NCBI GenBank assembly: GCA_051859245.1
Contig: JBHYGA010000001.1
Location: forward strand, 1-64,000
DNA: 64,000 nt
From: Gemmatimonadaceae bacterium
GTDB lineage: Bacteria > Gemmatimonadota > Gemmatimonadetes > Gemmatimonadales > Gemmatimonadaceae
Direction of reading: 5' to 3'
The notes beneath the pieces are model-generated. The model was given only the letters and a program-made list of their open reading frames with translations. It made no database searches and was not told the origin of the DNA. Position 1 is the stretch's first letter. Each line of letters opens with the position of its first letter. Positions 26,701 to 37,360 of this stretch are shown in pieces. The position numbers and the translations under genes are program-made.

Positions 26701-28944
26701 TCAGGGAACCGTTGGCGCGGCTGGCTTCACATTCTTCAGCGTGCTGAGTACATCGCGCCAGTCGAACTGCTTGCCTTTGCCGCGCACGTAGTAGTCCATC
26801 CACGCCATTTCACTGACCGACTTCACCAATCGGTTGCGCGGGTCGGGAATGCCGTGGCTGTTGCCAGGATACATGAACAACTCCGTCGGCACGCCGAGCT
26901 TCTTGAGCGCCATGTGCAACTCTACCGACTGCGGACTCGGTACACGCGGATCGCCTTCCACCACGTGAATCATCGTGGGGGTTTTTGCCTTGGTGATGTA
27001 CTTGATCGGTGACTGATCCCAATACGCATCAAAGTTGTTGTACGGTAGATCATCGCCGAGGTAGAACTGTCGGTTGCGCTGCACATCACTCTGCGCGTAC
27101 ATCGACACCCAGTTCGAGGTGCCCGCACCAGAGCTGATCGCTTTAAAACGATCGGTGTTCACGAGTGTCCAGTTGGACCAGTGTCCGCCCGCACTCCATC
27201 CGAGCATGCCCATGCGCGTGGAATCCACGATGCCCTGCGCGATGAGATGATCCACGCCACTGATGATGTCTTCGTAGCCCTGCTTGAAGTAGTTACCAAC
27301 AATTGCCGTGCGATGTGCTTCGCCGTAGTTGGTGGAGCCGCGGTAGTTGGGCTTGAGCACCGCATAGCCGGCTCCCGCGTACACTTGCGAGCCATAGCCC
27401 CCGTTGAAGCTGAGCACATCGGCCGCTGCGGGCCCACCGTGAATCGCGACAATGAGTGGAACGCGATCACCGGCGCGATAGCCCACCGGCAGATTGAGCA
27501 CGCCGCCCACTTGCTTGCCATCGGTAGATGTCCACGTGATTTCACGCTCTTCGCCGAGCGCGAGCGTGCGTACCTGCGGATTCACGTCGGTCAGTTGTAC
27601 CCAGGCCGCGCGATTGCTCAGTCGATCGAGTGAGCTCACCGTGTACAGCGTGGACGGTGTTTGCGGATCAGAGTAGTTGATCAGCAAGAGTCCGGAGTCA
27701 TCGTCTTTACTCACCGACAACGAGGCCGGCAGGTTGGTGACCTGCCGAACGGTGTTGTTACCAACATCGAGTGCAAGCAACTGACGCGTGGCTTTGATGC
27801 CTTCGTTGAAGTAGATCGTGCGTCCGTCTGCCGACCAGAACTCCGCGGCTACATTGCCGTCGAACGATGCGCCGAGCTTCTTGAACTCGGCGCCACGCGC
27901 GGCAACATCACGGATGTACAACCGACGGTTGCCCATGGTGTAGCGCGTCATGTCATCCGGCGCGGAGAATACCACCTTTCGACTGTCCGGCGAGAAGCCG
28001 AGATCGCCCTCGCTTACTTCCTTGTTGTTGGTGAGGCGTTCAATGGTGTTCGTGCTGACATCAAGTAGATACAGGTCGCCATTGATGCCCTGCTCGGTGA
28101 TGTTCCGGTCGTAGCGTGAAGCGGAGATGCCGGTAAACCCAACCCACTTGCTGTCGGGCGAGATGGTGACGCTCTGCACGGTGTACGAGGAGTCACGCGT
28201 GAGTCGCGTGGCGCGAGCCGGATCGACCTCCAGCATCCACAAGCTGACGAGTGGGGTTTCCGCGTTCTGAATGTTTACGGTGAACTTCTTTTCGCGACGG
28301 AGTCGTTCATCGGCGGCGTCCTGGTCGGGGCCGGTAAAAAAGATGCGTTTGCTGTCAGGCGCCCACTGCCACCACTCCACACCACCGGCGTGACTGGTGA
28401 GTTTCTGCGGCTCCGCCGTATGCAGCTCTGCAACTGGCAGACGATAGAGCTGTTGCATGGCGGCACGTCCAGCGCGGTACACCAACCACAGGCCATCGGC
28501 ACTGAACGCAAAGTTGCTCACACCGCCGGTGGCACTGGTGACCTTGCGTGCTTCGCCACCATCGGGCCGCATCACGTACAGCTGATTGCCGGCCGCCTCA
28601 CCGGTGGCGTCGCGGTTCGAGAGAAACGCAAAGAACGAACGGTCGCGCGACCAGGCCGGCGACGTTTCGTTCTTCTCTGTGCTGAATGTCATTTGTCGGG
28701 ACGACGAGACACCTTGGCCAACCGACACCAAATGAATGTCGGTTTGCGAGCGGGCCTCGTCCCAGTCGGGCGTGGTTACCGTGTGCAGCAACCACTTCCC
28801 GTCGGCACTTGGCGCGAACGAGCCGGCCGATTTGAGGTGTTGCATATCGAGAAAGGTCATCGGCCGCAGTGCCTGCGTCGTCTGTGCCGATAGAGAAACA
28901 AGTGGTGTGCAAATGGCGATCAAGACAGCGGTGCAGACGCGCAT
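26701..28944 (-). CDS. S9 family (prolyl oligo/acylaminoacyl) peptidase
   Basis: Signal peptide, beta-propeller repeats, HGGP, PNYRGS, GWSAGG nucleophile, D and H triad residues. Confidence 0.94.
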   Translation of the reverse strand: MRVCTAVLIAICTPLVSLSAQTTQALRPMTFLDMQHLKSAGSFAPSADGKWLLHTVTTPDWDEARSQTDIHLVSVGQGVSSSRQMTFSTEKNETSPAWSRDRSFFAFLSNRDATGEAAGNQLYVMRPDGGEARKVTSATGGVSNFAFSADGLWLVYRAGRAAMQQLYRLPVAELHTAEPQKLTSHAGGVEWWQWAPDSKRIFFTGPDQDAADERLRREKKFTVNIQNAETPLVSLWMLEVDPARATRLTRDSSYTVQSVTISPDSKWVGFTGISASRYDRNITEQGINGDLYLLDVSTNTIERLTNNKEVSEGDLGFSPDSRKVVFSAPDDMTRYTMGNRRLYIRDVAARGAEFKKLGASFDGNVAAEFWSADGRTIYFNEGIKATRQLLALDVGNNTVRQVTNLPASLSVSKDDDSGLLLINYSDPQTPSTLYTVSSLDRLSNRAAWVQLTDVNPQVRTLALGEEREITWTSTDGKQVGGVLNLPVGYRAGDRVPLIVAIHGGPAAADVLSFNGGYGSQVYAGAGYAVLKPNYRGSTNYGEAHRTAIVGNYFKQGYEDIISGVDHLIAQGIVDSTRMGMLGWSAGGHWSNWTLVNTDRFKAISSGAGTSNWVSMYAQSDVQRNRQFYLGDDLPYNNFDAYWDQSPIKYITKAKTPTMIHVVEGDPRVPSPQSVELHMALKKLGVPTELFMYPGNSHGIPDPRNRLVKSVSEMAWMDYYVRGKGKQFDWRDVLSTLKNVKPAAPTVP

Positions 28945-28997
28945 GGACAACCTCTCCCTGAATGCGAAAAGAAATACGGCGTGTGTGTAATCGAGCG

Positions 28998-31904
28998 TTA
29001 CATCTTGATTGGCGCGACCACCTTGGGCGGCGTGTACAGTCCTTTGCGCTCGCGATAGTGGCGATCCATTTCCAGACGCGGAATGCCCTTGTCAATCCAC
29101 TCGGGCGCCTTTTCACCCTTGAGGTGATGGTCCCAGAACTCCATCAGACGAATCGTGTAGTCGCGACGATTCTTGAGCTGTGACAATCCGTGGTTCTCGC
29201 CCTGGTACTCGAGCAGAATCACGTCTTTGTCGAGCTGACGCAGCGTGTTGTAAAACGTGATGCCCTGGTTGTAGTCCACCGCGCCGTCTTTGTCGTTGTG
29301 CAGAATGATGAGCGGCGTGTTGATTTGGTCCGCGTATCGATTGGGCGAGTTACGCTCATAGGCTTCACGATTTTCAATGAAGTTGCCCTTGAAGCGACCC
29401 TGCGAGCTCTGGAAGATTGGCTGGTTCGCCGAACCCGTGTTCCAGTACACCGAGCTGTACATGCTCACCATGTCGGTGAGCGGAGCGCCCGCAACACCAG
29501 CGGTGAACACATCCGTCTGTCCGACGAGGAATGCGGTCTGATAGCCGCCCCACGAGTGACCGTGCAGACCGACCTTGGCTGAATCCACGATACCAGTTGC
29601 GATGGCGGCCTTGATGCCCGGCAGCACGGACCACACGGCCGACATGCCGGGGTCATTGATCGTGTACTTGATGTCCGGCATGAACACGGCGTATCCGCGG
29701 CTCGTGTAAATGCTCGGTGTGTACGAACTGCTGAACGACGGGCTGTAAAACGTGTGCAGGTTGTCGGACATCTTTTCGTAGATGTACGTGACCGTGGGAT
29801 ACTTCTTGCCTTCTTCGTAACCGGCGGGCAGGAACAGGGCGCCCTGCAGCGTGTCGCCCTTGTCGCTCACGTAGGTGACGAGGCGCGAACCCGGGCTCCA
29901 CTTCAGGCCGTTCATGTTGGGTGCGCCGTCTGTAAGACGGAGTGAATCGCCGCCCCAGTTGATCTTCCAGTAGTCGGGGTAGCGCGCGTAGGTGGAGATG
30001 CTCGCCAGCCAGACATCGGCCTTCCGCGCCTTCAGCGGGCGCACGCTGGCGTCGCGCCAGTCGAGTGCCGTGATGCGTCCGGCCTTTGCGTCAATGCGCA
30101 ACACACCTTCTTTCTTGGTGCGTTCTTCGCGTGCCGTGATCATGAACGGTGCGTTCATGTCGACGCCGCGCTGACGCGGATCAAAGATCATCGGGCGGCC
30201 ATAGCGAATGCCCTTGGCTTTGCCATCGCGCGTGAGGTTCACGGGCTCACCACCGGCCATATTCACGCGATACACATCCCAACCATCGCTGGCGAGGAAC
30301 GCGTTGCCGTCAGACGCCCAGCCAAACATCGGATATCCGGGACGATCCACGTTGTGATCGTCTTCCACATTGATAAAGCGGCCGCCAGTCGTGAGCTGTT
30401 TGCGCGCGAGTGTGGCGAGTTCCATCACATGCCACTCGCCGTCGTCAAAAAACGCCATGCGACGGCCATCCGGCGATGTGCTGCTGGCACCGCGCAGCGC
30501 TTTCACCGCAAGACGCTTGTCGCCACTGCGCGGATCAATCACGTACACATCACGCATGTTGATGCCGTCCACGCTCGCCTGACGCTGATACGGTGATACG
30601 TCCGTCGCGATGACCCAGCGATCGAGATCGGTCGTCGTGCCAACGCGCGCGTTCATGTCTGTGAGACGCACCACACGGTCGGTGGTAGGCCAGTAGGCCG
30701 CGAGATACGAGAACGTGCGATCGGCCGTGGCCTGCACATCCTGCTGCGACTGCAGACGTTCGTCTTTTTCGTGCCACAGACGCAGCGTCGGCTTGTCGTC
30801 GTCCTCGAGCTGTTCTTCTTTCGGCACAGGCTTCTCAACGGGGCGCAGACCGAAGAACAGACCGTCAAGGTCGTTTGACCAGCGCGGCGCGCGATCCGTG
30901 CTGATGCGCTGATCTGCGGGCCAATCCGCGCGGCCGGCCTGCGCAATCGACACGAGCTTTTCCTGTGGCGTGCCGACGCGACGCATGCCCATCACGGTGA
31001 GCGTGGTGTCCTTGCCCGACGAATCAATCGTGGTGCGCATGACCGTAAACGCCGTCATGGTGTCCGTCCACGCCAAACGACGGTAGGTCGCGCGGTCTGC
31101 TGCATCGATGCTGCGCACCGTGCCCGCGTTCATATCACGCAGCTGAATGCCGTTGCCGAGTTTGTTCGCGGCGTCGATCGAGTACACCAGCCAGCGGCCC
31201 GTGTGGTCGAACGAGTATTCACCCACGTTGCCCACGTTCAGCATCACGTTGGTGCCGAGCTCGTGCAGGATCAGATCACTGCCGGTAGGACGTGAGCTTG
31301 CGGCGGCGCCTGCAGCTGGCGGGCCGGCAGGTGCAGCACCCGGTGCGTCGGCACCGTAACCCTGCATCGCGATCCAGCGCGGCGCCTCACCCGAGAAGGA
31401 GAAGCCGCGCACTTTATCGATGTCTTTCTTCTGACCGGTCGCAAGGTTCACAAGCGAAAGTTTGCCCTGAATCGGGCGGCGATCCTTGCGCAGCTTCTCC
31501 GCATCAGCGGCTTTCGGCCACGTCAGAAATGCGGCCCACTTGCCGTCTGGCGACAGTTGCAGCGCAGGATTTGATGCGGCGTCGCCCACGGGATACCGCC
31601 ACTCTTTCCCGCCGGCCACAATCTGGCGGAGAATGACTTCACCGTCGCCTTCGTTGGGCGACAGCACATAGGCGAACCACTGGCCGTCATGCGAAAGCTG
31701 CGTCGTGCGGATCGATCGCCACGCGGCGATGTCGACCGGTGTCATCGCCCGGGGGCCGTCGCTGCTGGCCGCGGTTGCGACAGTGGTAGGACGCGGGGAT
31801 GCTGCGGGCTGCGTTGCCTGAGCGGTGAGCGTGGAGCCGGCCGTGACCGGCCCGGTGAGCAGGACGGCCATGGCGGTCATGGCCGAACGGGTACGGAAGC
31901 GCAT
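28998..31904 (-). CDS. S9 family peptidase
   Basis: Signal peptide; GHSWGGY; HNDKDGAV; ENHGL. Confidence 0.94.
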   Translation of the reverse strand: MRFRTRSAMTAMAVLLTGPVTAGSTLTAQATQPAASPRPTTVATAASSDGPRAMTPVDIAAWRSIRTTQLSHDGQWFAYVLSPNEGDGEVILRQIVAGGKEWRYPVGDAASNPALQLSPDGKWAAFLTWPKAADAEKLRKDRRPIQGKLSLVNLATGQKKDIDKVRGFSFSGEAPRWIAMQGYGADAPGAAPAGPPAAGAAASSRPTGSDLILHELGTNVMLNVGNVGEYSFDHTGRWLVYSIDAANKLGNGIQLRDMNAGTVRSIDAADRATYRRLAWTDTMTAFTVMRTTIDSSGKDTTLTVMGMRRVGTPQEKLVSIAQAGRADWPADQRISTDRAPRWSNDLDGLFFGLRPVEKPVPKEEQLEDDDKPTLRLWHEKDERLQSQQDVQATADRTFSYLAAYWPTTDRVVRLTDMNARVGTTTDLDRWVIATDVSPYQRQASVDGINMRDVYVIDPRSGDKRLAVKALRGASSTSPDGRRMAFFDDGEWHVMELATLARKQLTTGGRFINVEDDHNVDRPGYPMFGWASDGNAFLASDGWDVYRVNMAGGEPVNLTRDGKAKGIRYGRPMIFDPRQRGVDMNAPFMITAREERTKKEGVLRIDAKAGRITALDWRDASVRPLKARKADVWLASISTYARYPDYWKINWGGDSLRLTDGAPNMNGLKWSPGSRLVTYVSDKGDTLQGALFLPAGYEEGKKYPTVTYIYEKMSDNLHTFYSPSFSSSYTPSIYTSRGYAVFMPDIKYTINDPGMSAVWSVLPGIKAAIATGIVDSAKVGLHGHSWGGYQTAFLVGQTDVFTAGVAGAPLTDMVSMYSSVYWNTGSANQPIFQSSQGRFKGNFIENREAYERNSPNRYADQINTPLIILHNDKDGAVDYNQGITFYNTLRQLDKDVILLEYQGENHGLSQLKNRRDYTIRLMEFWDHHLKGEKAPEWIDKGIPRLEMDRHYRERKGLYTPPKVVAPIKM

Positions 31905-31998
31905 GCGAGTCTCCGGGAGGGAAGGAACTCGCGAAAACTACGTGCAGCGTGGGGCGATCGGAACGCTCAGGGGACAGGACGCGGCGCGTTCGCTCCCG

Positions 31999-33798
31999 TC
32001 AGCGCGCGACCTCGGCGACGTGTTTCGCTCCCATGGCTTCAATCGCTCGCTGTGCCCCCTTGATTTTGCCCTCGACCGGGGCCGGCACCGCGCCAAGTGG
32101 AATGTCGCGCACCGTGGCGAGCACGTCCACGTAGTATTTGGTCCATGTTTCAAGAATGTCGCGTTCAAGCGCCCGCGCTTCGGTTGTGGGCGTGCGGCGA
32201 ATGTTCGCGGTGCCGAGTTGTGATTCGGCGGCTAAACGCGCTTCGGCGGCTGTCGTCACCTCGCGCAGTACGCGATCGATGGTGCCACCATCGCCGCGCA
32301 GGAGTGGCAACGCACTCGTGAGCGCGGTGACGCCAACATTGCGCAGTGTGGCCGCCGAGACATTGTCAATGCGATCACCGTCGGTGTGATAGAACTGATC
32401 GGTGAAATGCCACAGCAGGAGCCCTGGCTTGTTGGCGCGCAAAAACGGTGTGTGATCACTGCCGCCTTCGAACGGATTCGTGTTCACGACCCAGTTGGTC
32501 GTGGCGGCGTGCGCACGTGCACGGGCTTCTACGAAATCGTTGAAGTAGTGCGGCCGCAGATCCTTCTTTTCGAGTGGACGCCCGCCCCATTCGCTGTGTT
32601 TGTCATTGCCACGCGTCCAGATGGCCGATGGATCGGGCATCTTCTCGATCAGAAATGTGCCGCCAGTTTTTTCGGTGTCTTCACCCACCATGTCGAGCGA
32701 CATGCCCCACCGTATACCAACGGCGCGCGCTGAGTCTTGCGTAATGAACCGATCGGTGGACCGGATTTCCTGTCCCCAGATCATGGTGAGCGTACGCGCT
32801 GGACGCGGCATGCCCTCGCGCAACAACTGCGCCATCACGCGAGCCATTTCCAGCTGCGCGCCCACACCACTGGCGTTGTCATTGGCGCCGGGCTCCTGCA
32901 CGTGGGCGCTGAAGACAAAGCGCTCGCTCGCATGAGACGTACCACGTGCTTCCGCCACCACTGTCTGCTCGACGGCGTTTGTTGTAAAGCGCACATCAGT
33001 GACAACATTCAGTGTAACCGGACCGTTGGCGAGCGCCGCCGTGAGGCGTTCACGCGCCGCGTACGAGAGCGCGATGCCCCATGATTTTGCCGTCGTGTCG
33101 CGAGCGACCGACGCAAACTGAATCGAGTTGCGATTGACCTCGGGCTTGAGGTACGCCGGCAACGAATACCCGAGCGCACCAACCGCGCCGCGACGAACGA
33201 CCGCTTCCTGAAAAACTCGACTGACCGGCGCGTTGGCAAACACGATCTTTCCGCGCACATCACCGGCAGCGTCGAACTCGGCCGGCGTACCTCCGCCCAC
33301 GGAAACCACGGTCGCTCGTACGCCGCCGGCCGGCGTGGAGAACGAGTTGGTGGCAAGCATGTTCCGGTTGTTTGCAAACTGCAACAACGGCGCGTTGTCA
33401 CCGTTGATCGTGACCGAGGCGTCGATGGGTTCCCACGCTGGTTGTGCCATCGGATACTGCTCCACACGATAGATCAGCGCGTCTTTGTCCGTCGCGCGAG
33501 CCGCCGGAATGTATCCGGCGCGTTCGAGTTGCTCGGCGATATGTGCAATCGATGCGTCAAACCCGCGATTACCGGGCCAGCGTACATGCTGGTCAAGAAA
33601 CGCGACCGTTGTTTTGGCGCGCGCGCCGTCAAAGAGCGTGCGGACGCGATCTTCGAACGGAAGTGGCGTTTGCGCGGCAGTCGTTTGCTGCGCGTTTGCC
33701 GCGGTCGCCGAGAGCGCGAGGGCGCCAAGTACCGCGTGCACCGCTCGCCGCCCGCGGGCATGTGCGGATCGATGCGATCTGCCAAGGGTAGTGGTCAT
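31999..33798 (-). CDS. M28 family aminopeptidase with a PA domain
   Basis: SAHVQEPGANDNASG, LDMVG, GSDH, YHTDGD. Confidence 0.88.
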   Translation of the reverse strand: MTTTLGRSHRSAHARGRRAVHAVLGALALSATAANAQQTTAAQTPLPFEDRVRTLFDGARAKTTVAFLDQHVRWPGNRGFDASIAHIAEQLERAGYIPAARATDKDALIYRVEQYPMAQPAWEPIDASVTINGDNAPLLQFANNRNMLATNSFSTPAGGVRATVVSVGGGTPAEFDAAGDVRGKIVFANAPVSRVFQEAVVRRGAVGALGYSLPAYLKPEVNRNSIQFASVARDTTAKSWGIALSYAARERLTAALANGPVTLNVVTDVRFTTNAVEQTVVAEARGTSHASERFVFSAHVQEPGANDNASGVGAQLEMARVMAQLLREGMPRPARTLTMIWGQEIRSTDRFITQDSARAVGIRWGMSLDMVGEDTEKTGGTFLIEKMPDPSAIWTRGNDKHSEWGGRPLEKKDLRPHYFNDFVEARARAHAATTNWVVNTNPFEGGSDHTPFLRANKPGLLLWHFTDQFYHTDGDRIDNVSAATLRNVGVTALTSALPLLRGDGGTIDRVLREVTTAAEARLAAESQLGTANIRRTPTTEARALERDILETWTKYYVDVLATVRDIPLGAVPAPVEGKIKGAQRAIEAMGAKHVAEVAR

Positions 33799-33906
33799 GA
33801 GTGAAAGTTACCCATGGCTGCCGTTTCTCACGAGACGTTGGTACACTTTACACAGAGGCGCGTCGGCGTGGCGCGCGGTGTGCACCCCCTCTGGAGTCTT
33901 TGTCGC

Positions 33907-34344
33907 ATGCGATTCCTGTCCGCTGTCGTGTTGGCCGTTACGCTTCCTATCGCGCTCCACGCGCAGAAGGCCAAGACCGGCGCCGAGGTGTACGGCACCT
34001 GCGCCGCGTGTCACATGGCCAACGGTGCAGGTATGGCGGGTGTGTTTCCGCCGCTCGCTGGATCCGAATGGGTGACGGGTAAACCGGAGTTGCCCATCGC
34101 AATCGTACTGCACGGCATGCAGGGTGAAGTCACGGTGAAGGGCGCCAAATACAACAGCGTGATGACGCCGTGGGCTTCACTGTTCAGCGATCAGGAAATC
34201 GCCAACGTGGTCACGTACATCCGTTCGCAGTGGGGCAACAAGGCGAGTGCCGTGACCGCCGCGCAAGTTGCTGCCGTGCGTGCGGCGACCAAAGCGCGTA
34301 AAACACAGTGGACAGAAGCAGAGCTGAAAAAGGCGTACCCGTAA
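33907..34344 (+). CDS. Class I cytochrome c
   Basis: Signal peptide, CAACH, FPPLAGS, axial Met (VMTPW), IRSQWGN. Confidence 0.93.
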   Translation: MRFLSAVVLAVTLPIALHAQKAKTGAEVYGTCAACHMANGAGMAGVFPPLAGSEWVTGKPELPIAIVLHGMQGEVTVKGAKYNSVMTPWASLFSDQEIANVVTYIRSQWGNKASAVTAAQVAAVRAATKARKTQWTEAELKKAYP

Positions 34345-34350
34345 CGGCAG

Positions 34351-35433
34351 TTATCGCGCGTACGCCTCAAGCCATTGCAGATCATCAGCGTCACGTCTGG
34401 CCACGAACACCAGCGTCTTGCTGATCGCCACGATTCGTTTCGCCGACGGCAGCGAGACCACACCGCGGTGTGCGCCCGTCGCTCCGAACACGTCCCACGG
34501 TTGCACCGTGGAACCAGCGGGCGTCTCCCGACGCACCCACACGTTATCGTCGGGATCAATCACGAGTCCCTCTTTGAACGCGGGCTTCGTGGCTGGATAC
34601 GTGAGTTGAATGCGGCTGTTGGGTACGTCGTACGCTTTGCGATCCGCATCCGTCACCGGCACGGCAGGAGTCGTGAGCGCGGGGCCGCGAGTTACGCTCC
34701 CGTCTGATTCAATCCAATCCACGCGATACGGATTCGCGCGCACGATTGCCACCCGTCCGCTTGGCGCGATCGCCCACTCGTCTTCTGGCGTGAACGGCAT
34801 GATGCGTCGCACGACCATGCCCTTGTAGCCATCGGCCTTCATCTGCGGCGATAGCTCCATACTGACGGGCTTCGGATTCGGCATCATCACTGCTGCCACA
34901 CTGTCGATTCGGCCGCTGCGACGATCCCATCGCTTGATGGCGACATACGGCGAGCGCTCATTCACTGGCATCCCGCTCGCCTGAAAATAGAGACGTCCCG
35001 CTGCATCAGCGCCTCGCACGAACTCGGCGCCTTGCTGCAACGATTCAGGGAATACGCGCGCGTCGAGCAGTTCGGCTGCTGGCGTGAGAAGCAGGAAGCG
35101 ACGTTGATCGCGATCGAGCAGCAGCGTTGAGTCACCGCGCAGCGCGATCACTGCGGCTGGACTCGCGAACTCGCGCGGACCCGCGCCCTGCCGCCCAATC
35201 GCTCGAGCAGTGCGACCGCCAGCCGCAAGAAACTGCACGCGCTTTTCCATCAGATCCGCAACGATCACGCTGCCATTGGCGAGCACACGAACAGAGCTGA
35301 TGCTCGTAAATGGATCGGCGGCCGTCCACGCAGGGCGTGCGAGGCTGACTGCTGGCGCCGCGCGCTGTGATTGCGCGACACCAGTTGAAAAGCAGCAGAG
35401 CACTGCGGCAACGAGGAGGCGGAGTGTCGACAT
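34351..35433 (-). CDS. Exported 6-bladed beta-propeller protein
   Basis: GGAG SD, signal peptide, IGRQGAGPREF, GDSTLLLD; start ATG 35433. Confidence 0.8.
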   Translation of the reverse strand: MSTLRLLVAAVLCCFSTGVAQSQRAAPAVSLARPAWTAADPFTSISSVRVLANGSVIVADLMEKRVQFLAAGGRTARAIGRQGAGPREFASPAAVIALRGDSTLLLDRDQRRFLLLTPAAELLDARVFPESLQQGAEFVRGADAAGRLYFQASGMPVNERSPYVAIKRWDRRSGRIDSVAAVMMPNPKPVSMELSPQMKADGYKGMVVRRIMPFTPEDEWAIAPSGRVAIVRANPYRVDWIESDGSVTRGPALTTPAVPVTDADRKAYDVPNSRIQLTYPATKPAFKEGLVIDPDDNVWVRRETPAGSTVQPWDVFGATGAHRGVVSLPSAKRIVAISKTLVFVARRDADDLQWLEAYAR

Positions 35434-35552
35434 ACTCTCCTGAATATTGTGCACGTACCGGAGATGCACCATGCACTCTCCCGCTTTACAGCCGAGTTCG
35501 GTGGACGTAAGATCGACGAGCACTCCTGAACTTCTGCACCGCTGCTCACGGC

Positions 35553-36281
35553 ATGAACTCCCTCGCTCAGCTGCAGCACGACATACGGGCACTCGGCGAT
35601 CCTGAAACCGCGGAGTTCCTGCAGCGGTTCTTCAAAACCGGTCCCGGTGAGTACGGACACGGTGACAAGTTTCTTGGCGTTCGCGTGCCTCAGCTGCGCG
35701 CAGTTGTTACACGCGCGGTTGCCAAAGGGGGGAGCGGCATTTCGCTCGGGGACACGATTGACCTGTTGCGATCAGCGTGGCACGAGGAACGATTCGTTGC
35801 GCTGCTGCTCATCATAGACAGGTACCGCCGCGCGTCGCCTGACGAACGGGACGAGATCTATCGTGTTTATCTCGCCCATACGCGTTGCATCAACAACTGG
35901 GATCTGGTCGACGTGTCGGCAGAGCACATTGTCGGAGCGCACGATGATCCGGCAAAGCTCGTCACGCTCAAACGAATGGCCCGATCTGACAACGTCTGGG
36001 AACGACGTATCGCCATTATGGCGACGTTTCACGAAATCAAACGGGGCAGATATTCCGCGGCGTTAAACATCGCGACACTGCTCGTGCACGACACGCACGA
36101 TTTGATCCACAAGGCGGTAGGGTGGATGTTACGAGAGATTGGCAAGCGGGATCCAAACCGTGAGCGTGAGTTTCTCGATCAGCATCAGGCGACCATGCCT
36201 CGGACGATGCTGCGGTATGCGATCGAACGGTTTCCCGAGACAGAACGACAGGCGTATCTGCGAGGAACAGCCACCCGCTGA
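35553..36281 (+). CDS. alkD: DNA alkylation repair protein (AlkD-like glycosylase)
   Basis: FFKTGPGEYG.GD.FLGV, HEER, NNWDLVD, WERR, KAVGWMLRE, LRYAIE. Confidence 0.9.
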   Translation: MNSLAQLQHDIRALGDPETAEFLQRFFKTGPGEYGHGDKFLGVRVPQLRAVVTRAVAKGGSGISLGDTIDLLRSAWHEERFVALLLIIDRYRRASPDERDEIYRVYLAHTRCINNWDLVDVSAEHIVGAHDDPAKLVTLKRMARSDNVWERRIAIMATFHEIKRGRYSAALNIATLLVHDTHDLIHKAVGWMLREIGKRDPNREREFLDQHQATMPRTMLRYAIERFPETERQAYLRGTATR

Positions 36282-36440
36282 GCTTTCGGCGACGATCGCA
36301 CGAAGGCGTTGTCGCCCAACCGTTGCACGTCGCGTACACGACTGCGACACGACCGTGAGGCGCCCGCCGACACGTGATGCCGAGATTCGTGCGCGATGTC
36401 ACGCCGTTGTAGAGTCGATGCTCACACGCAACCATCGTAC

Positions 36441-37262
36441 GTGCCAGCAACCATCTTCGCACATCAGGCCCTCGTTCTTCCGCTCAAGCTTCGCTGGCCC
36501 GAGCGCTTCAGTGGCCTGGCGCTCTGCATTGGCAGCATGGCCCCAGACCTGGAGTTTATCTGGCGACTGAGTGACGACTGGATCTTCAGCCACACGTTCG
36601 CGGCACAGCTGTACTTCAGTGTGCCGGTCACCATGCTACTCGTGTGGGTGCTCACATCAGTGCTGGCGCCGGCCGTGTTGCCGTTCGTACGCGATCATCC
36701 CCGATTGCGGTTGCACGATCTCGCTGCGTTGCACGCACCGGCGAGCCGGCGTGAGTGGCGCGTGGTTGCCGTCTCCGCGTTCTTCGGTGGCGTGTCGCAC
36801 TGGCTGCTCGACGGAGTAACGCACGGTGGACACTCTGGCTGGGCGGTGGAGTTTTTGCCGTGGCTCCGCACGCCGGTACCGCACCCGGGAGGCGCGGCGC
36901 CACTGCACGATGCGCTGCAGCTCTGGCTCACCGTGGGTCTCGGTATCGCCGGTGTGCAGATGTGCGCGCACATCACGCGCCACCGCCTGCTGTGGGTGTG
37001 GCGCAAGAAGCAACCGTCACCACTTCCCAAGCGCCACCGAACCGAAGGGCAGCGACTCGCACTCGGTCTCGCGCTGATGGCTGCCCAGGGCGCCGCCGTG
37101 GGCTACGTGTTACGCGGTACCGAGGCCGCCAAGCTCGCCACGGCCGGCGTGGTGTTCGGCGCAATCAATTTCGTCTTGCTCGGCGCGCTGCTGTTCGGTG
37201 TGTGGTTGCAGTTGCGGCGTGGAGAGCTGTTCGCCACCCGCCATTGGTCTCCGCGCGCCTAG
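36441..37262 (+). CDS. DUF4184 family membrane protein (putative metal-dependent hydrolase)
   Basis: MPATIFAHQALVLPL, IGSMAPD, SHWLLDGVTH. Confidence 0.82.
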   Translation: MPATIFAHQALVLPLKLRWPERFSGLALCIGSMAPDLEFIWRLSDDWIFSHTFAAQLYFSVPVTMLLVWVLTSVLAPAVLPFVRDHPRLRLHDLAALHAPASRREWRVVAVSAFFGGVSHWLLDGVTHGGHSGWAVEFLPWLRTPVPHPGGAAPLHDALQLWLTVGLGIAGVQMCAHITRHRLLWVWRKKQPSPLPKRHRTEGQRLALGLALMAAQGAAVGYVLRGTEAAKLATAGVVFGAINFVLLGALLFGVWLQLRRGELFATRHWSPRA

Positions 37263-37300
37263 CCCAGAAAACCGGCGGACCGCTCGCATTGGTGTGATAC

Positions 37301-37351
37301 CTTGCCATTCGACAATAGCCGCGATATCCTATTGTCGAACGTCTAGGCAAG
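37301..37351 (+). promoter_or_regulatory. Sigma70 promoter with an overlapping inverted-repeat operator (PadR autoregulation)
   Basis: TTGCCA(37302)-N17-TATCCT(37325); TTCGACAATAG-N10-CTATTGTCGAA (37308-37339). Confidence 0.75.
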
Positions 37352-37360
37352 GAGATTCCC

